From a virus, in IMG/VR virus record IMGVR_UViG_3300008120_000397: a stretch of 37,918 nt of DNA, one strand, 5' to 3'. Under the pieces are notes generated by a model, which was given only the letters and a program-made list of their open reading frames with translations, was not told the DNA's origin and did no database searches. The position numbers and the translations under genes are program-made. Each line of letters begins with the position of its first letter. Within the stretch, counting starts at the first letter, position 1. This document shows positions 1 to 5,416 of the stretch, piece by piece.

Positions 1-114
1 ACGATGCCACCACCACCCGATGGCCTAGCAAGCATTGGGATGGAAATGCCCAGCGAAATCATCAATACAGCGCCACGATACTCGTTGCTGTGGTCGCCGC
101 CATCACGCGCCGCG
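1..114. repeat. Terminal direct repeat, identical to 37805-37918 (contig closure or terminal redundancy)
   Basis: Direct comparison of the two ends shows a 114/114 nt match. The repeat contains the 5' end of the minus-strand LamG gene and the 3' end of the 77-aa ORF. Confidence 0.95.
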
Positions 115-295
115 CCATCACCGGCAGGATCGTGCCTGCTGGCACGCTTGAAAACGTGATGGACGTGTCTCGGTTAGGCATCTGCACCACCACATTGCCG
201 GCGCCGCCGACATACAACGCGCGGCACGGGCCAAGCTCCGTTGTGTCGCTGGCCGTTACGGCTGCGGCGCCGCTCGCCGGGAAAGTTTCGCTCAT
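62..295 (-). CDS. Small hypothetical protein (77 aa), late operon
   Basis: The start overlaps the terL stop (ATGA at 292-295). The stop overlaps the ATG of the LamG gene across the contig junction (TGATG). The sequence is Gly/Ala/Val/Thr-rich and beta-like (VGGAGNVVV...TTATSIVAL). Confidence 0.6.
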   Translation of the reverse strand: MSETFPASGAAAVTASDTTELGPCRALYVGGAGNVVVQMPNRDTSITFSSVPAGTILPVMARRVMAATTATSIVALY

Positions 296-1635
296 TCGTA
301 ATCCCCTCTCATGGCCGCGCGCCGCTGCAAGTGCCGCCGCGCCAATTCACCAAGGTTGATCTGCATTCCGCCCGGCGCTGCCTGGATAGCAAAGCGCGGT
401 TGCTCGGGCGGTTTTTCAGGCCGCAATTCACGCCATGCCATTGCCATGTAGCGAAAGGCGTCCGCCGTGTGACTGGTCCAATCGTGGCGCGGTTCATCCC
501 GAAACACGCGCTTTTTCTCGTCATAGTCGGCCCGGTATTGGCGCAGCGCCTCCAAGCCCTCGCGGCACTTGCTTTCATCAAACCAGCACCGCGCCATGGT
601 CACGCGCGCCGCGTTGATCCCATCCATGACCTTGCCGGCGCGCAACACGCGGGGCACTCGCCCGGTCAATTCCCGGAAAGTCTCGATCCGCGTCCGGCCC
701 GTCCCCAGGTCCCGCGCCTTGGCATCATGCGGCAGGTAATCGTGCCCGTATTGGTAGCCCTTGGCAGCCAGAACCGCCGCGTAATGCGGCAGGCCGTGGC
801 CGTTCGCCTCGTAGTGATCAATCACCCGGATCTGGTTAGCCGCCACCTGGAAGAACCATATGGCCGTGCTGTCACCGACGCCCAAATCCCAAGCCGTATG
901 CACCTTCAAGGCCGGATCAGCCGGCACATGACAGATACGCCCGGCTTCCTCAGCCTGGGCAATCTCTCGCCCGTAATACGCGCCGATAATCGCCGCGTCG
1001 AAGCTGCATTCCCATTCCTGGGCATATTGCTCGGGCGTCATTACCGCCCGCGCGGCTTCCAATTCACCTGGGGCAATTAGGCCCGTCTCGGAAGCCCGTA
1101 GCATGGCCCGAAACCAGTCGGGCGATGATGCGCCCTCCCATATCTCCCAAAAGGCGTTGCGGCCCTTTGGCGTCCCGATAAACGTCGCCCAGCCTTCCCG
1201 ATCAGCAAGCGCAGGGCGGATCACCTCCGGCAAGATGGCCGGGGGCATGTCCGCATATTCATCCAGCACCACGCCATCAAAATACAGGCCGCGTAACCGT
1301 TCGTAGTTTTCGGCCCCGTAAAGCCGAATGCGCGCCCCGTTCGGCAGGTCGCACCGCAACTCGCTTTCGTGCCAAGCCGCTCCCGGTATAGCCCGCGTGA
1401 ATTGCTTCACATAGCCCCAAGCGATGTCCTTTGCCTGGACATATAACGGCGCCACATAGGCGAAGCGCGGGTTAGGCTTGGTGCAGCGCAATGCCGCGTC
1501 AACCAAGTCTGCCACACAGGCCACCGTCTTGCCCGCGCGCCGATGCGCCACAAGGCAGGCCCAGCGTTCCCGGCGCCGATGAAATGGCGCGAATTGCTCC
1601 CGCGCCCGATAGCCAAGGTCAATCACGCGCGACAT
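292..1635 (-). CDS. terL: Terminase large subunit
   Basis: 447 aa. Walker A is VAHRRAGKT and Walker B is GVVLDEYADM. The C-terminal RNaseH-like nuclease motifs are AWDLGVGDSTAIWFFQ and DYLPHDAKARD. It lies upstream of the portal in the late operon. Confidence 0.9.
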   Translation of the reverse strand: MSRVIDLGYRAREQFAPFHRRRERWACLVAHRRAGKTVACVADLVDAALRCTKPNPRFAYVAPLYVQAKDIAWGYVKQFTRAIPGAAWHESELRCDLPNGARIRLYGAENYERLRGLYFDGVVLDEYADMPPAILPEVIRPALADREGWATFIGTPKGRNAFWEIWEGASSPDWFRAMLRASETGLIAPGELEAARAVMTPEQYAQEWECSFDAAIIGAYYGREIAQAEEAGRICHVPADPALKVHTAWDLGVGDSTAIWFFQVAANQIRVIDHYEANGHGLPHYAAVLAAKGYQYGHDYLPHDAKARDLGTGRTRIETFRELTGRVPRVLRAGKVMDGINAARVTMARCWFDESKCREGLEALRQYRADYDEKKRVFRDEPRHDWTSHTADAFRYMAMAWRELRPEKPPEQPRFAIQAAPGGMQINLGELARRHLQRRAAMRGDYE

Positions 1636-1637
1636 GG

Positions 1638-2051
1638 TTAATCCTCCGCGCGGGGCACTCCGGTAACGATGGTGAAGGCCAGCGGCGCGTCAGCATCGCC
1701 GGAAACAGTCTGTTTGCTCTCTGGCGGCATGATGCGGTTCAGCAAGTCCACCGCCGCCGCATGGCCGGAAGGATTGTGCTCATCCGTCGCCCGCGCCAGT
1801 TGCGCTTCGAGAATTTCATCCTTGCGAGCCGCAATCTTCGCCCGTATCTCTGCCGCGACCTCATGACCCGCGCGCTTGGCGTCCGGGGATGGCTGCGTGT
1901 CGGCAGTATAGGCCTCGCGCCCGTTCCCACGTCTGGCGCCCTTGGCAGGCCCGCCGTAGCCGGGACCGTTGCCTTTGCGGGTCGCGCTGGTGCGACCGCC
2001 CATTAGTATTTCTTGCCGCCCTTGCGCTTCGTGCCCATCGTGTCTCTCCAT
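1638..2051 (-). CDS. Putative terminase small subunit (start may be the ATG at 2003)
   Basis: The call rests on position immediately upstream of terL, a basic Gly-rich N-terminus (RKGNGPGYGGPAKGARRGNG) and a helical C-terminal half. An 11-codon out-of-frame leader ORF ends in TAATG at the 2003 ATG. Confidence 0.45.
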   Translation of the reverse strand: MERHDGHEAQGRQEILMGGRTSATRKGNGPGYGGPAKGARRGNGREAYTADTQPSPDAKRAGHEVAAEIRAKIAARKDEILEAQLARATDEHNPSGHAAAVDLLNRIMPPESKQTVSGDADAPLAFTIVTGVPRAED

Positions 2052-2060
2052 GAAAATGCT

Positions 2061-2090
2061 GAAGCCGCTCAGGCTAACCGGAGCGGCTTC
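2061..2090 (-). other. Perfect 10-bp stem-loop between the early-operon end and the TerS start
   Basis: The structure is gaagccgctc / 10-nt loop / gagcggcttc. On the minus strand it is followed by agcauuuuc and then the ATG at 2051. It could be a weak intrinsic terminator or a regulatory or packaging structure. Confidence 0.4.
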
Positions 2091-2125
2091 GAATGCTCCT
2101 CCTGCGCTTGGCAGGTGAGACGATG

Positions 2126-2151
2126 CCCCGGGCCTTGTGGGGCTCCGGGCG
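2126..2151. repeat. Hairpin motif copy A (CCCCGG..GCCTTG..GGCTCCGGGCG)
   Basis: It shares the core ccccgg-N-gccttg-N-ggctccgggcg with copy B at 2303-2330. The arms cccgg/ccggg and agcc/ggc(t) can pair. Confidence 0.6.
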
Positions 2152-2302
2152 GTTAAAGTGGTGGGCCTAGGTCGCCAGTTATTCCCCGGCTGGGGCGACT
2201 CCGCGGGACGCGTAAGCGTTTCGCCCTTTCGGGCTCGTCAGCCGCGCAAAATGCCGGGCTAGATGTTCACTTGCTTCACCCACCTGGTGAACCCACGGCT
2301 AT

Positions 2303-2330
2303 CCCCGGCAGCCTTGCTAGGCTCCGGGCG
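2303..2330. repeat. Hairpin motif copy B
   Basis: The sequence is ccccggcagccttgctaggctccgggcg. It is about 80 percent identical to copy A, with differences concentrated in the loop. On the minus strand it forms CCCGGAGCC-tagcaa-GGCTgCCGGG. Confidence 0.6.
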
Positions 2331-2376
2331 CAGAAAGTCAATGATAAAGCCCCCCTACAAATAATTCAGAGGCTTG

Positions 2377-3033
2377 TCAAGCGGTTTTCAGCGCCATCAG
2401 CCTATCAAGCCCGATGGCCACCTCAAACACCATGCCGTCGGGCCAATCCGTCCGCTCGGAGCATCCCGCCACCTCTAGGCCCTGAATGTGCCAGTCCACC
2501 GTCCGTCGGCTGTAATGCGGCAGGTCATCAGCCGGGGCAGCCTCGCCGCCAAAGCGCGCGGTCAGGGCATCCAGCGCCGCGCCGATGTAGTCCGCCTTGG
2601 TGTCAGGCCGGCAGAATAGCTGGAACTCCTGTTGCCAAAACTCCCGCAGGCGCAGCTTGGTGGCGCGCATGGTCTCGCCGTGCGCTTCGTCCCGGAAGGA
2701 CTTCCCGGCTTGCCAAAGGCACACCGGCAGGCGCTTCATGCGCTGCGCTTGCTGGGGAAACAGGGCGCCAAGCGCCGCAAACGTGCCAGCCGTAGTCTCA
2801 GGCCGCAAATATCCGCGATCAGTGCCGAGAAGCTCAAACCCGGCCTTGATATGCCCGCCAAGATGCTCGGCAGGCGTAAGGATTGGCGTCTCGACCCGGA
2901 GCATAGTCACGGCAGGGTTAAGCGCCTGCCAAGCGTCCCGCACAATCACGGCAATCAGCCGGATCAGCGCGTCGCGTTCTTCGATTTCGCGCTCAGTCCA
3001 AAGGACGGTCGCATTGCCGAATAGGGGTATCAT
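2377..3033 (-). CDS. Stand-alone class II (IIa, Gly/His-type) aminoacyl-tRNA-synthetase-like catalytic core with no anticodon-binding domain
   Basis: 218 aa. Motif-1-like LRVETPILTP, then YLRPETTAGTF, motif 2 GKSFRDE...LREFWQQEFQLF and motif 3 EVAIGLDRLMAL. A strong SD (aaaggag) lies 6 nt upstream of the ATG. It is the last gene of the early operon. Confidence 0.6.
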   Translation of the reverse strand: MIPLFGNATVLWTEREIEERDALIRLIAVIVRDAWQALNPAVTMLRVETPILTPAEHLGGHIKAGFELLGTDRGYLRPETTAGTFAALGALFPQQAQRMKRLPVCLWQAGKSFRDEAHGETMRATKLRLREFWQQEFQLFCRPDTKADYIGAALDALTARFGGEAAPADDLPHYSRRTVDWHIQGLEVAGCSERTDWPDGMVFEVAIGLDRLMALKTA

Positions 3034-3177
3034 GTCGCTCCTTTCAAAATTGCCCGGTCCTGACCATCACGGGATTGTGACAACCCCTTGGGCCGTGTTG
3101 ACGCTCGCCCTTTCGGGGTCGCGCTGGTCAGGTCGATCCGCCAGCCGGGCGCCAGCGTTGAAGCTTCCAAGGGGCAT

Positions 3178-3384
3178 TCAGTCCCGGCGCGGTGCCGGGT
3201 TATCTTGCAGAAACGCGTTCCATATGCGGCAGCGCTCCAGCAGCGCCACCACCGGCCCCGGCACGGCCCTTGTCCCGTCGCACCATCGGCGCACGGTGCG
3301 GGCGTCCACCAAGGCCAAGCGCGCAAAGCCGACCTGGGATAGCCCAAGGTCGGCAAGGGCGGCGCGGAATTGGTCAGGGGTCAT
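3178..3384 (-). CDS. Small XRE-type HTH DNA-binding protein (Aca-like position)
   Basis: 68 aa. The HTH signature is LGLSQVGFARLALVDARTVRRWCDG. There is an ATGA overlap with the upstream ORF. Confidence 0.7.
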   Translation of the reverse strand: MTPDQFRAALADLGLSQVGFARLALVDARTVRRWCDGTRAVPGPVVALLERCRIWNAFLQDNPAPRRD

Positions 3385-3587
3385 GCGTTGAGGTACCCGC
3401 GCATTGCTTCGGCGGCAGCAATAGGGCTCATTGGATAGGGCCCAATGGTGCGGCGTCCAGCTTTGGGGACAAGCTGAGCAATTTGGATTGTGTCGATATA
3501 GCCGTTTGCGTCATGCTTGACTTGCACTTTGGCGCCTGTAGCGCGCATTAGGTTTACAAGCTGCTCAAGCTCTTTCGTGCTGGTCAT
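3381..3587 (-). CDS. Hypothetical small protein (68 aa)
   Basis: The in-frame ATG at 3587 lies 11 nt after the upstream stop and is preceded by aagggg. The stop overlaps the start of the HTH gene. Confidence 0.55.
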   Translation of the reverse strand: MTSTKELEQLVNLMRATGAKVQVKHDANGYIDTIQIAQLVPKAGRRTIGPYPMSPIAAAEAMRGYLNA

Positions 3588-3598
3588 GGCGCGGCCCC

Positions 3599-3874
3599 TT
3601 ACGCTGCAAGAAAACGCGTTTCTGCGCGGCGCGCTACCTGCCACTCACGACGGATCAGCGAGATGAGGCTATTACCGCCGGTCAAAACCAGCGTGTTGCC
3701 GCGATGGCTTAAGCCCTGGCAAATCTGCCGGCCGGACTGATCGCGCACATAGCCGCCATTTGCTGGCGCATAAAAACGCCGCACAATTTGCTCGCCAGTC
3801 ATGGGATCAGCGTACGTCAGCACAACCTCGGAGCCATCTTGGCGGATTTGAGCGCGATTTGATTGATTGGCCAT
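3599..3874 (-). CDS. Hypothetical small protein (91 aa)
   Basis: This is the first ORF downstream of the predicted internal promoter. The ATG at 3874 is the first start after the promoter. I recognised no motif. Confidence 0.55.
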   Translation of the reverse strand: MANQSNRAQIRQDGSEVVLTYADPMTGEQIVRRFYAPANGGYVRDQSGRQICQGLSHRGNTLVLTGGNSLISLIRREWQVARRAETRFLAA

Positions 3875-3921
3875 CGGTCTATTCTCTCGCAGCCGGGCTT
3901 GATTGCCCTTGCTGATGTCCC

Positions 3922-3950
3922 TTTGTAGGACCATTGGTCCGGCACGTCAA
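3922..3950 (-). promoter_or_regulatory. Sigma-70-like promoter with an inverted repeat in the spacer
   Basis: On the minus strand: TTGACG (3950-3945), a 17-nt spacer, then TACAAA (3927-3922). The spacer contains the palindrome GGACCATTGGTCC (3928-3940). Confidence 0.4.
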
Positions 3951-3979
3951 GCGAAAAAATGCAGGGCGCGCGATTTTTT

Positions 3980-4111
3980 TTACAATCGAAAAACCCATTT
4001 CATGGCTGCTGGCAGCGCCGCTAACGCCAACAAAGCGCCGGCGAGCGTATCGTGCCCGTAATAGGCCCAAACCGCGCTTTGAGGCGCAATCAATAAAAAC
4101 CAGACCAGCAT
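3980..4111 (-). CDS. 43-aa single-TM micro-protein
   Basis: The ATG overlaps the upstream stop (TGATG). The sequence is MLVWFLLIAPQSAVWAYYGHDTLAGALLALAALPAAMKWVFRL, which is hydrophobic. It is shorter than the 60-aa cutoff of the ORF track. Confidence 0.5.
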   Translation of the reverse strand: MLVWFLLIAPQSAVWAYYGHDTLAGALLALAALPAAMKWVFRL

Positions 4112-4614
4112 CACATCCCCCAAACCGCTGCCATTCTGCTCAGCGCGGCCCGGAACGCTTCAGGCGCCAGGCCAGGCGGCCATCCCTCGTTGCCCGCATC
4201 ATCTTTGCCCATAATCGCCATCCGAATTTGCGCGACCAAAAAGCGGCTTCCGATAGCGGCATCGGCCAGCCTCAGATCGGCCAGCGCCGCTACCTGCCCC
4301 ATGGTCGGGCCATATCCGCCACCGCCACCGCCGCGCGCGCTTGCCTTAGCCCCGTCCGCCACCTCCAGCCGGTGAAGGTATCGGTCCGCCGCTTCGTGAT
4401 GCTCGTCCGTCAGAAAACCGATCACCCAAAGCTGGTGATAAATCACCTTCCGGCTTGCGGCGCGTATCGCGGGCGCTGATGGCGCTTCCGGGTCTGTCCG
4501 GTAGCCTAGTAGCACTCTACCCGCCAAAAAGCCTTGTATCGGCCCGAAATCGGGCTCTATTTGCCTTTCAGGGCGACCCCTGCCCCGTTTGGCCGCGCGC
4601 GGAGGGTTGTTCAT
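4111..4614 (-). CDS. Hypothetical protein with an AT-hook-like N-terminus (KRGRGRP)
   Basis: The ATG at 4614 forms an ATGA overlap with the DUF551 stop. The longer ORF-track form (to 4794) would overlap the DUF551 gene. An internal Gly6 linker is present. Confidence 0.6.
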   Translation of the reverse strand: MNNPPRAAKRGRGRPERQIEPDFGPIQGFLAGRVLLGYRTDPEAPSAPAIRAASRKVIYHQLWVIGFLTDEHHEAADRYLHRLEVADGAKASARGGGGGGYGPTMGQVAALADLRLADAAIGSRFLVAQIRMAIMGKDDAGNEGWPPGLAPEAFRAALSRMAAVWGM

Positions 4615-4847
4615 TGGTTTGGCGGCTCCCAAACTGCCCAATGCGTGGGCTCCCAGGATAGCTTCTCGCTGCCGCATGACAGGTAAAACGACCACCAGCC
4701 TACGTGTTCCGGGGGGGCGCCTAGCTGCTCCACGTCTTCCGGGGTCTTGTACCAAGCCAGCCTCAGCATGAAGACCGTGGCCAATTCGGCGCAAACCATC
4801 ACTTTGCCTTGCTTCGGCGCGGTCTCAATAGGCTGCCAGTCAATCAT
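4611..4847 (-). CDS. DUF551-like phage protein
   Basis: It has the signature start MIDWQPIETAPK and the C-terminal PTHWAVWEPP. There is an ATGA overlap at both ends. Confidence 0.65.
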   Translation of the reverse strand: MIDWQPIETAPKQGKVMVCAELATVFMLRLAWYKTPEDVEQLGAPPEHVGWWSFYLSCGSEKLSWEPTHWAVWEPPNQ

Positions 4848-5044
4848 TGCTTTAGCTCCATCTGCTTCCGGGCTGTAGCTTCCCATTTCTGCCACCGCTC
4901 GGCCTTGGCGGTCAAGTAATCCTTGTCTGGTTGCTCTTGGGCCATTTCAAGCCCGCGTAGGGCCTCGTTAGCCTTCACCAAGGCGATTTCCATCAGTTCT
5001 TCATCCACGTGGCGCCGGGCCACGTCCGCCGGGTCTAGCGCCAT
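4844..5044 (-). CDS. Hypothetical helical protein (66 aa)
   Basis: The ORF is in operon context and its stop overlaps the next start. I recognised no motif. Confidence 0.5.
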   Translation of the reverse strand: MALDPADVARRHVDEELMEIALVKANEALRGLEMAQEQPDKDYLTAKAERWQKWEATARKQMELKQ

Positions 5045-5238
5045 TTGCGATGCTCCTTGGTTTCGCGTTGCAGTCTGGCCATGCCCTGCGACACATATCC
5101 GTCGGGCAGCGGCGGCAGTTCATCCTGCCTGCCCTCGGCGTCATAGCGCCGGCACTCGGCTTTCCATGCCGCAAAGACTGCTCGCCTGTCGTTGCGCCTT
5201 TCTAACGCTTTGGCGTCGGGACTTGGGGGCCGGGACAT
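5035..5238 (-). CDS. Hypothetical protein (67 aa; short form of ORF 5035..5439)
   Basis: The ATG at 5238 is chosen because the upstream 200 nt of the long ORF consists of iterons and a G/C palindrome that translate to low-complexity sequence. Confidence 0.4.
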   Translation of the reverse strand: MSRPPSPDAKALERRNDRRAVFAAWKAECRRYDAEGRQDELPPLPDGYVSQGMARLQRETKEHRKWR

Positions 5239-5370
5239 TCCAGACCCCGAGCCATCGGGACATTGGACCCCCCCCTTAAGGGGGGGGGTTCCAGAATGTC
5301 CCGGTTCATGGCCCTCGCCGCCGGTCAAAATGTCCCGATTGTCCCGATTTGTCCCGGCAATGTCCCGGCC
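5217..5370. repeat. Iteron cluster and large palindrome; putative replication origin or regulator-binding array
   Basis: TGTCCCG(G/A) occurs at 5297, 5331, 5340, 5350 and 5361 in the forward orientation, the last four about 10 bp apart. Inverted copies CGGGACA lie at 5231 and 5256, with a partial copy at 5217. At the centre is C8-TTAA-G9 (5268-5288), flanked by inverted iterons. The cluster lies in the only sizeable gap of the early operon, directly downstream of the primase-helicase gene. Confidence 0.6.
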
Positions 5371-5416
5371 ATTTTGGGGGTCAAAAAGTGATAGTTGATT
5401 GCGCGCGATTACCATT

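Noticed and set aside
2081-2100. A tRNA-like T-loop sequence (ggcttcgaatgc) suggested a tRNA or tRNA-like element next to the aaRS-like gene.
   Set aside because: I could not build a cloverleaf (acceptor, D or anticodon arms) on either strand. The segment is simply the 3' arm of the perfect 10-bp hairpin at 2061-2090.
4111-4794. The long 227-aa form of the ORF, overlapping the DUF551 gene by about 180 nt.
   Set aside because: The DUF551 signature (MIDWQPIETAPK...PTHW) marks the real gene in that interval. The ATG at 4614 gives the ATGA coupling seen throughout the operon.
5268-5288. The C8-TTAA-G9 palindrome was considered as an intrinsic terminator.
   Set aside because: No U-tract follows it on either strand. 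It is embedded in a larger palindrome made of iterons, which fits an origin or protein-binding role better.
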